From the NCBI GenBank assembly GCA_046483985.1, contig JAWOCD010000092.1, positions 1 to 64,000 on the forward strand: a stretch of 64,000 bases of DNA, given 5' to 3'. The translations under genes were made by a program, and so were the position numbers. How positions within the stretch are numbered: the stretch's first letter is position 1; each line of letters begins with the position of its first letter. The notes beneath the pieces were generated by a model. That model was given only the letters and a program-made list of their open reading frames with translations, searched no databases and was not told where the DNA came from. This document shows, piece after piece, positions 1 through 9,366 of the stretch. This DNA is from Promethearchaeia archaeon (GTDB taxonomy: Archaea; Asgardarchaeota; Lokiarchaeia; Sigyniarchaeales; SOKP01).

Positions 1-291
1 AAAAAATGATCGATAATTTGCATCCAGTTTCCGTAATGTCATTTGTAGAACCTTAGAATACACCCATTTGTATTCCGGATATTTATCCTTAATTTTTGGT
101 AATCTGTTTTGTTGCTGTGTGTATGTTATGTATTTTCTTTCCTGCTTTGGTTTTTTCTTTTGTTTTTTCCAAGTGTTGATACGATCCGAAAGTGCAAAAT
201 TATATATCAAACGGCATTTTTCCGATAAATCCCAAAGTACTTGTAATTGTTCTTCCGTAGGATATATCCGAATTTTTTGACTTAATTGCAC
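1..291 (-). CDS. tnpB: RNA-guided endonuclease TnpB, N-terminal part (runs off window)
   Basis: Manual translation from GTG at 291: MQLSQKIRIYPTEEQLQVLWDLSEKCRLIYNFAL...YPEYKWVYSKVLQMTLRKLDANYRSFF, the typical TnpB N-terminus. Not in the ORF track because it is open at the edge. Confidence 0.9.
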   Translation of the reverse strand, partial: MQLSQKIRIYPTEEQLQVLWDLSEKCRLIYNFALSDRINTWKKQKKKPKQERKYITYTQQQNRLPKIKDKYPEYKWVYSKVLQMTLRKLDANYRSFF

Positions 292-298
292 TTTCTAT

Positions 299-505
299 TC
301 ACCTTATAATGTGTATGTGATCAAGATCGGTTTCTTGATTAAGAATTTTAATCTCATTTTTTTCCGCTAACGATATATTAATTTCTTTTAATCTATTGAT
401 TATTTCATCGGTATCGAATATCTTTCTTCGAGATTTTACACAACAGATGTAATGGTAGTTTAATGAATACACCGAATGAGCACCTTTATCAAGTTCGTAT
501 CCCAT
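299..505 (-). pseudogene. tnpA: Truncated Y1 (HUH) transposase TnpA
   Basis: HSVYSLNYHYICCVKSRRKIF...DLDHIHI then stop. Ends right after the HUH motif and lacks the C-terminal helix with the catalytic Tyr. Confidence 0.85.
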
Positions 506-658
506 TCTATTCACTTGGTTACTAAGATAATATCAAAAACCAAATATAAAAATGTTTGTATAATATACGAAATTCATCCCCTCCCTAAAGGGATGGGGAC
601 TTCTTTCGCAGATCGTTAAAAATTTGATGATGTTAGTGCCTAAAATGAAGAAACAGTA

Positions 659-715
659 TTGAAGTCTCCCCGCCCTAAAGGACGGGGATTCCTACGAGTC
701 CACTAAGCGTTAGCC
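659..715 (-). mobile_element. Solo IS200/IS605 right-end remnant
   Basis: Minus strand reads GAAT-CCCCGTCC-TTTA-GGGCGGGG-AGACT-TCAA (guide motif GAAT, hairpin, TCAA end). Homologous to 42257-42312. Confidence 0.75.
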
Positions 716-1342
716 TCAAAACCAATCCATCGGGTCTAAAAAGGCAAATACATCGCCCAACCAGTAATAAAACTCAAACCAATATTGATATGTGAAACCT
801 AAATATAAAATGGCAAATGCAAGTCCAAAGATAAAGCCAAAGATAACATCGCTCGGGAAATGCACCCCCAACGTAAGGCGTGTACCGGCAATAAGGATAT
901 CGAAGATAATAACTGCTATCAGCAGAATCCAACTATTAAACGCAAACGCAAAAAGAATACCGAAGAACAAGAAGAACGTCACATGCCCAGAAGGAAAGCC
1001 TCTAGTTTTATCAATCATTTCATCATGGCTTTTCACCCCATATTGTTCAAGAATTTCAAACGGACGCTGTCGTTTAATGACACCATATCGGATGATGATA
1101 TAAATCGCAAAGGATTGATCAAATCCCCCAGTCATCAGGATAAATAAATAATAATCCTTGGTAATATATCCATAAATACCTAATGCGAACCAGAGTAGTC
1201 CCCAAAAATAGATATTCCCAAAGAAACTTATGATCTTCGCAAATTTCTTGTTTTTTCGGGAAAAATCACTTTCATAGAGGACTAAAAAAATTTTATGATC
1301 CCATTTTTTAATTCTTTGGACCGTAGACAATATAGATCCCAT
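716..1342 (-). CDS. PAP2-family membrane phosphatase
   Basis: KRQRP, FPSGH and RLTLGVHFPSDV motifs; multiple TM segments. Confidence 0.9.
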   Translation of the reverse strand: MGSILSTVQRIKKWDHKIFLVLYESDFSRKNKKFAKIISFFGNIYFWGLLWFALGIYGYITKDYYLFILMTGGFDQSFAIYIIIRYGVIKRQRPFEILEQYGVKSHDEMIDKTRGFPSGHVTFFLFFGILFAFAFNSWILLIAVIIFDILIAGTRLTLGVHFPSDVIFGFIFGLAFAILYLGFTYQYWFEFYYWLGDVFAFLDPMDWF

Positions 1343-1431
1343 AAAATAAAAAACTTTAATCTTTTTTATAACTTTTTATTAAAAGAGTGTTTAAGTAAAA
1401 ATAAAGTTATAACTGCCAAGAATCAATAAAC

Positions 1432-3024
1432 ATGATCACTGTAGATGAATGGCTCGGGACAAAAAAAGGAACGGATCGATTAAGAAAGCACCTTTTCCGA
1501 GTCTACGGGAAAGATTATAAGAATGTTAAGGATAAGCTTATCTTTATTCAATCATTGCTAAGATTACACAGGAAAACTTATGGAAATCTGCCCACGCTAA
1601 TAATTCGGGTTCCAGGGCGAAGTAATCTAATGGGTCGACATATTGATCATCAATATGGTATGCTTAATCTAGTGGCAATAGACAAGGAAATAATATTCGT
1701 CGCCTCCCCTCAAAATCTCCCAGAAATCCACGTTCAGAATGAGAATGCCCAAAAGTTTCCGTCAATGCAATTCTCAACACAGATCGGGCAAAAGTTTTTA
1801 CAACTTCCTTGGAAACATATAATAGAGAATCAAGATTTACTCAATACATTCAGAGAAACTCCAGGTTCTTGGGTAAATTATTTAAAAGGAGCATATTATA
1901 AGACGGGGCATCATTTTAAGAAGAAGAGCTTGAAGGGTGCAAATATCACAGTTGGGGGGACTATTCCCCTTGCAGCGGGATTAAGCAGTTCCTCGGCGAT
2001 TACATTAGGAATGATAAAAGTCCTCCTAGAACTGAATAAATTTAACATTTCGCAAAAGAATCTAATCTCTTTAGCGAGAGATGCTGAATGGTTTGTAGGA
2101 ACACGTGGCGGAAACGGAGATCATGCTGCACTACTTTATGCCGAAAAAGATAAAATCATTCAATACTCTCCGAGAGAAAAACAGATCCTCAATAGGGGTC
2201 ACTTCCCCAATGATTACGTGTTAATTGTATGCGTAAGCCATATTCCCGCAGAAAAATCAGGAAAAAAGCGTGATATCTTTAATTCACGCGTGCTTGCATA
2301 TCAGGTGGGGCTTCTTTTATTTAAGGAGCAATTTCCACGCCTTGAAGAGAAAATCAAACAAATCGATGACTTACGACCTGCAAATCTGGACATAGCCGAT
2401 GGAGAATTATTAGAAATGTTGTTAAGCATTCCCCATTCAGTCGAATATTCCAAATTACCACAAATTTTAGAAAAGTACTGGGAAAGGTTAATGAAACGCT
2501 TTCATTTTGCGGACCCCCCTCAGCATTTGAAAATACGCGATGTGCTTATCTACGGTATTGCAGAATGCAAGAGAAGTATCCGTTTTTTGAAATTGATCTT
2601 GAAACACAAATTGAAATCCGCTGGAGAATTAATGAATATCTCTCATAACGGAGATAGGGTTATAAAGTTTAATAAGCATATGGAGCCTTGCAACTATAAA
2701 ATATCTTATTCGCAGGCATATGTAAGGAAATTACTTACAACTGCAAAAATGGAAAAAGAACAGTTGCAATTCGAATATCTTCCCGGCAGATATCGGTGCA
2801 GTATCAAGGAGATTGATTATCTGGTGGATATCTGCACACAGAGCGAGGGTGTACTAGGGGCACAAATATCGGGCGGGGGATTGGGAGGAAGCTGTATGGC
2901 GCTGGTTCATAAGGATTATAGCACCACAGTGAGGAAAAGCATAGAAAGGCAATATAGGGAGCATTTCCATCAGAATTGTAGGACCTATGAATGTATTCCC
3001 GTGGATGGAGTCTCTCTTTTTTAA
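1432..3024 (+). CDS. Galactokinase-like GHMP sugar kinase
   Basis: PGRSNLMGRHIDH, PLAAGLSSSS and GAQISGGGLGGSC motifs. Confidence 0.85.
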   Translation: MITVDEWLGTKKGTDRLRKHLFRVYGKDYKNVKDKLIFIQSLLRLHRKTYGNLPTLIIRVPGRSNLMGRHIDHQYGMLNLVAIDKEIIFVASPQNLPEIHVQNENAQKFPSMQFSTQIGQKFLQLPWKHIIENQDLLNTFRETPGSWVNYLKGAYYKTGHHFKKKSLKGANITVGGTIPLAAGLSSSSAITLGMIKVLLELNKFNISQKNLISLARDAEWFVGTRGGNGDHAALLYAEKDKIIQYSPREKQILNRGHFPNDYVLIVCVSHIPAEKSGKKRDIFNSRVLAYQVGLLLFKEQFPRLEEKIKQIDDLRPANLDIADGELLEMLLSIPHSVEYSKLPQILEKYWERLMKRFHFADPPQHLKIRDVLIYGIAECKRSIRFLKLILKHKLKSAGELMNISHNGDRVIKFNKHMEPCNYKISYSQAYVRKLLTTAKMEKEQLQFEYLPGRYRCSIKEIDYLVDICTQSEGVLGAQISGGGLGGSCMALVHKDYSTTVRKSIERQYREHFHQNCRTYECIPVDGVSLF

Positions 3025-3071
3025 GAGTTCTTGCAATTTACCGGGTTTGCACTTTCATATTCAAAATTTAT

Positions 3072-3223
3072 CAAAAAAGCAAAAGAAAACTCCATCCTTT
3101 AGGGAGGAGATGAATTTTGCGTTTAAATCACTAAATAGGTTAAGACCATATTTTTAAATAGGTCAATATCTAACTTATAATTATACAATGCTTCGGACTA
3201 ATACCTTAGAATTGAATCCTACA
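3072..3223 (+). mobile_element. IS1341-type left-end remnant with first 12 codons of tnpB
   Basis: Preceded by TTTAT; left-end hairpin region TCCATCC-TTTA-GGGAGGAG; ATG at 3188 gives MLRTNTLELNPT. Near-identical to 4608-4743. Confidence 0.75.
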
Positions 3224-3251
3224 TATTTTTATATTTGATGGATAGGAAATT

Positions 3252-3890
3252 ATGGGAAAAAAAGAGCAGACGAACAATTCTGAGATTGATCTGTCATTAT
3301 ATGATTTTAAATGTCAGAAATGCGGAAATTGTTGCAGAGCAGGACTAGACGTCTATATTCAAAGAGAAGATATTGAAAAATGGGAAAAAAGAGAAAGAAC
3401 GGATTTGCTTAAATATCTACAAATCGATGCGGAATCGATATCTGAAGAAGGATTGGGTGGATATCATATTGAAGATAATAACGCCGTATTAGAACTGAAG
3501 GACAAGTATTCCGGTAAGAAGTTAGAAAAAACACTGAAAAAACTCATCTCTTTTATTGAAAATAATCATCATTATGCCGGCATTGGCAATTTACCCCTTC
3601 CTATTTATAGTATAGTGCCAGGTAAAGAAAAAAGACCCATTTTTATTCCCAAAAGTTTTCAAGTGATTAAAAAGGGAATAAAACGTGGGATAGAATATAA
3701 AATTTTCAAACCTCTCTCTGGTGAATGTCCATTTCTAAAAGATAATCTCTGCTCCATTCAGCAGATTAAGCCCATAGTATGCGAGTTATTCCCCTATGAT
3801 GAGGAGGGAAATCTTGATGTGGGTGAATTTCGCCTATCGCTCTGTAAAGGATTAAGAAAAAAGCAGAAACTTGACAAGAATAAGAATTAA
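3252..3890 (+). CDS. YkgJ-family (CxxCxxCC) Zn/Fe-chelating protein
   Basis: CQKCGNCC, CPFL...CSIQQIKPIVCELFP. Confidence 0.85.
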   Translation: MGKKEQTNNSEIDLSLYDFKCQKCGNCCRAGLDVYIQREDIEKWEKRERTDLLKYLQIDAESISEEGLGGYHIEDNNAVLELKDKYSGKKLEKTLKKLISFIENNHHYAGIGNLPLPIYSIVPGKEKRPIFIPKSFQVIKKGIKRGIEYKIFKPLSGECPFLKDNLCSIQQIKPIVCELFPYDEEGNLDVGEFRLSLCKGLRKKQKLDKNKN

Positions 3891-4012
3891 TGCAATTTTG
3901 TTCAAAGTTTTGAATATGAGGATTTGTTGGATCTACATAGACTTTTAAATGAAAGTTGTTTATATGATAATAACAAATGGTAAATTATTTTAAAAATGAG
4001 GTGAAAAATAAT

Positions 4013-4079
4013 ATGAGTAATGAAAATCAACAAATATCGGAAAATGAAATGAGTAATGAAAATCAACAAATATCGGAAA
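4013..4079 (+). repeat. 36-bp-period in-frame tandem duplication (MSNENQQISE x2)
   Basis: ATGAGTAATGAAAATCAACAAATATCGGAAA at 4013 and again at 4049. Confidence 0.9.
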
Positions 4080-4573
4080 CAGAATTACGAAAAGTGGCAA
4101 AAAGAAGGGTTCAATTCAGAAAGTCCGTGAGCGTTCATTTTGCTCTGTTTTTAATTGTAAATTTGCTCTTGGTCGTAATAAACTATCTTTCAATTGAAGG
4201 GGATATCAATCTTCAAAACTTTTGGGTTTTATATCCAATATTTGGATGGCTTATCGGCGTAATGATACATTTAACGGCATATTTTCTGTATATTAATGAA
4301 GTAAAGCCGCTTGCAAAACGTATTCTTATCTTTCATATCGTTGCATATATATTTACTAATATACTCTTGATTATTGTCAACTTGATTACTAATCCGGCAA
4401 TATTCTGGGTGCTTTTCCCACTAATCTTCTGGGGTGCGGGGCTTGTAGTCCACATAGTGATTTATTTTCTATATCTCCAAGAAGGAGCAGAAAAAGGAGT
4501 AGAAGGAAAATCCAGAAAGGAAAAGGCTATTGAAAGGGAAATGCAACGTATTAAATCGAAAGGTAAAGAATAA
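4013..4573 (+). CDS. 2TM-domain membrane protein (two 2TM repeats)
   Basis: Repeated H..(LF/AY)..N.LL..IN...W...P..GW/WG....H pattern, C-terminal IEREM. Start uncertain (3977/4013/4049). Confidence 0.8.
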   Translation: MSNENQQISENEMSNENQQISETELRKVAKRRVQFRKSVSVHFALFLIVNLLLVVINYLSIEGDINLQNFWVLYPIFGWLIGVMIHLTAYFLYINEVKPLAKRILIFHIVAYIFTNILLIIVNLITNPAIFWVLFPLIFWGAGLVVHIVIYFLYLQEGAEKGVEGKSRKEKAIEREMQRIKSKGKE

Positions 4574-4607
4574 AGACCGAAAAACTAATCTTTTTTATTT
4601 TTTTTAT

Positions 4608-4875
4608 AAAAAGCAAAAGAAAACACCATCCTTTAGGAAGGAGATGAATTTTGCGTTTGAATCACTAAATATTATAAGACCATATTTTTAAATAGGTCAA
4701 TATCTAACTTATAATTATACAATGCTTCGGACTAATACCTTAGGATTAATATATTCGTAATTATAAAAAGAAGCAAAACCTTAATTTAAGGTTATAAAAC
4801 CAACCTATATTGTCTAATGTACTGATCATGCATTAGAGATTATGAATCTCACGGTTTTAGACGTGAGAAGTTTAA
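4608..4875 (+). mobile_element. Miniature non-autonomous IS200/IS605 derivative (left end, tnpB start, right end/omegaRNA region)
   Basis: TTTAT target, left-end hairpin, ATG CTT CGG ACT AAT ACC, then right end GAAT-CTCACG-GTTTTAGA-CGTGAG-AAGT-TTAA. Confidence 0.8.
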
Positions 4876-4934
4876 TAATATCTATATTGGAACGTATCTT
4901 TAAAAATATAATACACAACAAGGTAAAAAGAAAA

Positions 4935-5507
4935 ATGAATGAAATAAACACACATTTTAGTGAGGAAGCTTTAAGAGAGATCGCAGCCAAAAAAGTCACA
5001 TATCGGCGGTCGGTCCAAATTCACTGGGCTTTATTTGTTTTAGTAAATATTTTGCTTTTCACAGTTAATTTTTTCAGCATAAGTGAGATAAGTATTGTAA
5101 CTGCTCAAATTGGGAAATTTAAGTTCCCAATAATGCAGCTATGGGCATTTTTTCCACTCTTTGGATGGTTCATTGGGATTGCCATGCATTCTGTGGCATA
5201 TATTTGTTATGCAACTGGAGTTTATCCCATGGCGAAGCGGGGAGTCTTATTCCATGCTACCGCATATCTTTCCGTTACCCTTCTATTAGTAATGATTAAT
5301 CTTATATTCCCCCCCCATGAGCTTTGGTGGGTCTTTTATCCGGGGTTTTTCTGGCTAATTGCCGTTATTATTCACTTCGTTATCTATATGATCTATTATC
5401 GGGGGGATATCTCCGAGACGGGAAAATATAGAAGCAGGAAAGAAAGAGCTATAGAAAAGGAGATGAAAAAAATACGCAGAAAAATGAAAAAGAGTAAAAC
5501 GGAATAA
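4935..5507 (+). CDS. 2TM-domain membrane protein (paralogue of 4013-4573)
   Basis: Same repeat pattern and SRKERAIEKEM tail. Start moved from 4842 (inside the IS end) to ATG 4935. Confidence 0.8.
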   Translation: MNEINTHFSEEALREIAAKKVTYRRSVQIHWALFVLVNILLFTVNFFSISEISIVTAQIGKFKFPIMQLWAFFPLFGWFIGIAMHSVAYICYATGVYPMAKRGVLFHATAYLSVTLLLVMINLIFPPHELWWVFYPGFFWLIAVIIHFVIYMIYYRGDISETGKYRSRKERAIEKEMKKIRRKMKKSKTE

Positions 5508-5520
5508 GGAGGAAAATTAC

Positions 5521-6168
5521 ATGTGGCTGACAAAATTCTTGGATATGGAAGATGATATAAAGGAGCTTGCTAAAAAAGCTGCATCTGATGTTAAGGTAGA
5601 AATATTTGAAAAGATGAAATCAAAGCTAACGCCCTTGGAATTTACCATCCTGGAAAGCATTTATAATAGTGAAAAAGTATCTGGTTATGATTTAATTAAA
5701 AATCTGAATGAGCATTTCGCTGGAACCTGGAAAGCTAAATCGGGCACAGTCTACCCTATTTTATCCAAACTGAAAAAAGGAGGATTTTTAAAGACCGAAA
5801 AAGTAAAAAGTCCCGTCGGTCCCATAAAAAGCCTCTATAGTCTCACAAAAACGGGAAAGGAACTTGTACAGAAAAAGGTGAACCAGAATTTTACAGATCA
5901 ACTGGGATTTTTAAAGAATTTTTTAATCGAATTGACCACAATCTATATTGAGTCAGAGGAGGACTCAGAAGAACAAAGGCGTGAGAAGATCCATGAAATA
6001 TTCAAGACCCTTGACAATTTGATAGAGGAGATTAAAAAAAAAATTCCAGAAAATTTCGAATTCAAAAGGAGATGTACCGAATGCGGAGCGGAAATCACAA
6101 GATTTGACAGTCAATTTTGTCCCGTTTGCGGAGCGGAAATTGAGACTGAGACCAACCACAACGAATAG
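5521..6168 (+). CDS. PadR-family transcriptional regulator with C-terminal zinc ribbon
   Basis: SGYDLIKNL...GTVYPILSKL...YSLTKTG; CTECG...FCPVCG. Confidence 0.9.
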   Translation: MWLTKFLDMEDDIKELAKKAASDVKVEIFEKMKSKLTPLEFTILESIYNSEKVSGYDLIKNLNEHFAGTWKAKSGTVYPILSKLKKGGFLKTEKVKSPVGPIKSLYSLTKTGKELVQKKVNQNFTDQLGFLKNFLIELTTIYIESEEDSEEQRREKIHEIFKTLDNLIEEIKKKIPENFEFKRRCTECGAEITRFDSQFCPVCGAEIETETNHNE

Positions 6169-6259
6169 AGTCTCTTATATAAAATATAAATTAAATTCGC
6201 AAAAGCTTTTCTTTTTTCAATCTATATCTTAACAACAGAGCGATTCTTTTTTTTAGATT

Positions 6260-7756
6260 TTAATGTGCGAAATGAAGGGTGGGACGGTCTGGCTTTTCAT
6301 TAAAAATATTACTAAAACAGTTACAACATGGGATGCCGATATCTAATTCAATTCCTTTATGCGTTTTTAAGTACATACTTTTGAGGAGGTTTTCTCTTAG
6401 GTCCTTTTTGCGTTCGTCATAATAAAAGGAGAGCAGATAATTTTTATGATTTGTAGTTCCACAGACCGGACAAGTGCTGTAATGAATCAGAAATCGTTGC
6501 ACCTCTTCCAGATCAGAAAATTTACCTTCTATATTTTTACAGAATACAAAACAATCCTCGCAAGGAATGCCAAAAAACTTATCTGGTTCTTGGTTTAAAT
6601 CTTCCAGACATGATGCTTCTTGCATCCGTTCTATTAAAATCGATTTAAACTTTCGATATCTTCGTCGGAAATAAAATTTCGCTACAATTGGAGTATCATC
6701 GTAGGGGTCCCCACAGATTGGGCAATGGTCATAAAACCGCTTAAAGTCATGGAATTTCCGTATATCTTCAGTTTCCAGTTTTTTGATACAAATTTGCAAG
6801 CACGCACTTTTCACCCGTTCAAATGTCTGATGAGTTAAGAAGTAGTGGGTTCTATCTGCAGAATCCTTATACTCATGCAGTTCATCTTCAATCTCGTTTT
6901 CCCTAAAGAATTTCAAAATTTGCCGTTTTGCCTTGTAATAGAACTGCCGGTGGAGCTTTTGATAAGATTCGGTGTTATATTGAAAAAATTCTTCAAAATG
7001 TTTTTTGTTATGGATACAATAATTCACTAACTCCGATAAATTATATTCATATTGATAATCCATCTTAATCTTACGCAATTCATTAAAAATCTTCACTTTT
7101 TCCATATTTGGGGTATATGAACCGTTCAAGAAGCTTTTAAGTTTTTTCATGCGTCTATTATAGAATACATCTAAGAACCCCATATTACCCGGAAGGGGTT
7201 CCACCCATAATTCATCACAAATCAAAATAAAATTTACTCTGGGTACTTCAGGACCAACGTAATTAAATAATTGATACGAAAATTCGTTTTGCTGCTCATT
7301 ATATCCGTTCAGATAGTATCTTTTCCCTTGTTCTATGAGCGAGGTATCCAATTTCATGACTTGAATTAACGCCATTACAATTTCATAGCAGAAACTTTCA
7401 AAAACATACCTTTTTATTGCCCCATACAATAAGCTACGCCAGCGTGCGAACCCTGACTCAAACATTTTTGAAAGGAAAAAAAGCAATGTTTGATTGTGAA
7501 AATTGTATTCAAACATATCAGTACAGTAATACCCGAATTGACGGTAATGGCGATGGTTGCCACCAATATAAAACTTAATTCCGCTTATAACTTGATTGAG
7601 CCGCTTAATTGCCGGATCCTCAAACTTCTCTAAAATTGTTTTTATCATCTCTGGATTTATAAGATTATTTGTATCCACATAAAATTTACATCTGTTAAAT
7701 TGAAATTTGGTATTTTGCGTTGTAGATTCAGGATGATTACTTTTTGTCGGACTCAT
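6260..7756 (-). CDS. Hypothetical protein with two C-terminal CPxC...GIPCxxC Zn-binding modules
   Basis: 498-aa ORF; HCPICG/GIPCEDC and TCPVCG/GIPCCNC. Confidence 0.7.
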   Translation of the reverse strand: MSPTKSNHPESTTQNTKFQFNRCKFYVDTNNLINPEMIKTILEKFEDPAIKRLNQVISGIKFYIGGNHRHYRQFGYYCTDMFEYNFHNQTLLFFLSKMFESGFARWRSLLYGAIKRYVFESFCYEIVMALIQVMKLDTSLIEQGKRYYLNGYNEQQNEFSYQLFNYVGPEVPRVNFILICDELWVEPLPGNMGFLDVFYNRRMKKLKSFLNGSYTPNMEKVKIFNELRKIKMDYQYEYNLSELVNYCIHNKKHFEEFFQYNTESYQKLHRQFYYKAKRQILKFFRENEIEDELHEYKDSADRTHYFLTHQTFERVKSACLQICIKKLETEDIRKFHDFKRFYDHCPICGDPYDDTPIVAKFYFRRRYRKFKSILIERMQEASCLEDLNQEPDKFFGIPCEDCFVFCKNIEGKFSDLEEVQRFLIHYSTCPVCGTTNHKNYLLSFYYDERKKDLRENLLKSMYLKTHKGIELDIGIPCCNCFSNIFNEKPDRPTLHFAH

Positions 7757-7925
7757 TGATTACCAAACCCATAGATTTTTTACTTGATTTACAAGACAAT
7801 ATAGACTTAAAAAATTAACGATTATCGTTCCAATATGGATGCTTTTTAAAAAAATTACGCAGAGAGTTGCAGTTGATCGTTAAATCTCAAGAAATAATAA
7901 AGGGATTTAATAAAGAATAGTTTAT

Positions 7926-8618
7926 CTAGCTATATCGCTGCTTGTAGCGTTCCAAGGACATCGGTTTTAAATAGGACGCATCAACCAGATTAATAATAGA
8001 ATCAGTAATAGACTTATTGTCATACTTGAGGTTTTTTTTGGCCTTAGAAAATAGTTCCCCCAAAAAAATGGCTCCTTTTGTATCATGCGCCATATCCTCG
8101 GCAAGATTCCAGATCTTCTTTGTACCTCGTGTCATTTTTTTGCCAGTGGGGAACCCCAATTTATGTGGAAGACTCAGATTTAATTTAAACACCTCATTAA
8201 TTAATCCATCGACACTTTCCCGCGTGGCGGACTCTTGCCGAAAAATTTGAATATTCCCCTTAAATTTTGAATAGAGGTATTTAATTTCTTTAGCATATCG
8301 ATTTTCGAATTTAATTGAAAAAGAGTGAAGTGCCTCTCTAGTAAATCGGGTTGGCTTTTCGTTAATTATAAGAGTAACCCATACCATTTTTCCTGCTCGG
8401 GTAACAAGATATTTCCCTTCTAATGTTGCTTGTTCGATTTCTCCTTCCGCCGCTGGCATATCTAATTCTTCAAACTGAATCGCTCGTCGGAATAGTTCAA
8501 TAAGTTTCGGATCCAATTCAACCCCTGGAGCTGTTTGATAATAGATAATTCCTTCGCTCTCTTGGTGGGTGATCAATATATATTCGATGGAGAGAGCAAC
8601 CGAAAAATATTCACTCAT
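7926..8618 (-). CDS. Asgard longin-like domain protein with C-terminal winged-helix-like region
   Basis: IEYILITHQESEGIIYYQ...LDPKLI...VWVTLII...FSIKFENRY resembles Asgard longin domains (judged by eye). Confidence 0.6.
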   Translation of the reverse strand: MSEYFSVALSIEYILITHQESEGIIYYQTAPGVELDPKLIELFRRAIQFEELDMPAAEGEIEQATLEGKYLVTRAGKMVWVTLIINEKPTRFTREALHSFSIKFENRYAKEIKYLYSKFKGNIQIFRQESATRESVDGLINEVFKLNLSLPHKLGFPTGKKMTRGTKKIWNLAEDMAHDTKGAIFLGELFSKAKKNLKYDNKSITDSIINLVDASYLKPMSLERYKQRYS

Positions 8619-8857
8619 TTTCTATTTTATTCTCAAATTAGTAGTTCCTATGATTATTGTAATATAATTGACTTTATTTATTTTTTTTGTTCTATCCTAT
8701 GCGTTTGTTGGAATTTTGGGAAAAGAAGATGGTTAATTTGAAATAAAGGAGATTTATCAAATATCTTGAAGCGGCATTTCGGGGAGCCTCCAAAAAATTT
8801 GTCCTTAAATCAAATATATCTTCTCGAAGAAAAATGAGAATAGAAAGGAAAGAAGTG

Positions 8858-9005
8858 TGGAGGGGATGGGATTCGAACCCACGAAGGTTTTTACTTCTTC
8901 CAGAGACTGGAAAGAATCTATACCACTGGATCTTAAGTCCAGCACCTATAATCGGTCTTGACCCATATCAAGGAACGACCTTTGACCAGACTCGGTAACC
9001 CCTCC
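8858..9005 (-). tRNA. tRNA-Leu(UAA) with two non-canonical introns (D-loop, 8948-8981; variable arm, 8889-8917)
   Basis: GGAGGGG/CCCCTCC acceptor, CTGGA-CTTAAGA-TCCAG anticodon arm, GGTTCGAATCC T-arm. Removing 34-nt and 29-nt BHB-flanked inserts gives an 85-nt class II tRNA. Confidence 0.9.
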
Positions 9006-9366
9006 CCTTAATGAACATTAGTCGCTAAAAGTTCAAGGTTTAGCAAGAGAGGGTAAAATTATATTTTTAAATCAATTATAGATAATAGTCTAAATATAGA
9101 TAAAAATTTAAGTTTTACCATTAAAGCGGTTTGAATTCCAATTTAAAGCATTCTTAGTAAACTATTCTTGAAAAAGGCTAAGTGAAAAAAATAGATTTTA
9201 AAAGATTAGAAGAGAACGCCTTGAGTATTCCAAAATTAATGGCTATTCTATATAAAGGTCATCTTTTTATGAAAAAAGATATTACATTTATTTAGCAATA
9301 AAATCATTTGAGATAATGGCTCTTTTCATTTTATTAGTTTCGTATAAGAAAAGGAGGATGTAGTAT

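Larger units (their letters stand above)
1..616 (-). mobile_element. IS200/IS605-family element (IS605 layout: left end, truncated tnpA, tnpB); continues beyond window start
   Basis: Left-end hairpin GTCCCCATCCC-TTTA-GGGAGGGGAT at about 577-600 (minus strand), followed by co-oriented tnpA fragment and tnpB start. Exact left boundary is approximate. Confidence 0.85.

Noticed and set aside
68-280. 70-aa plus-strand ORF
   Set aside because: Antisense shadow of tnpB.
4842-4934. N-terminal extension of the second 2TM gene
   Set aside because: Starts inside the IS right-end remnant; the paralogue aligns only from ATG 4935.
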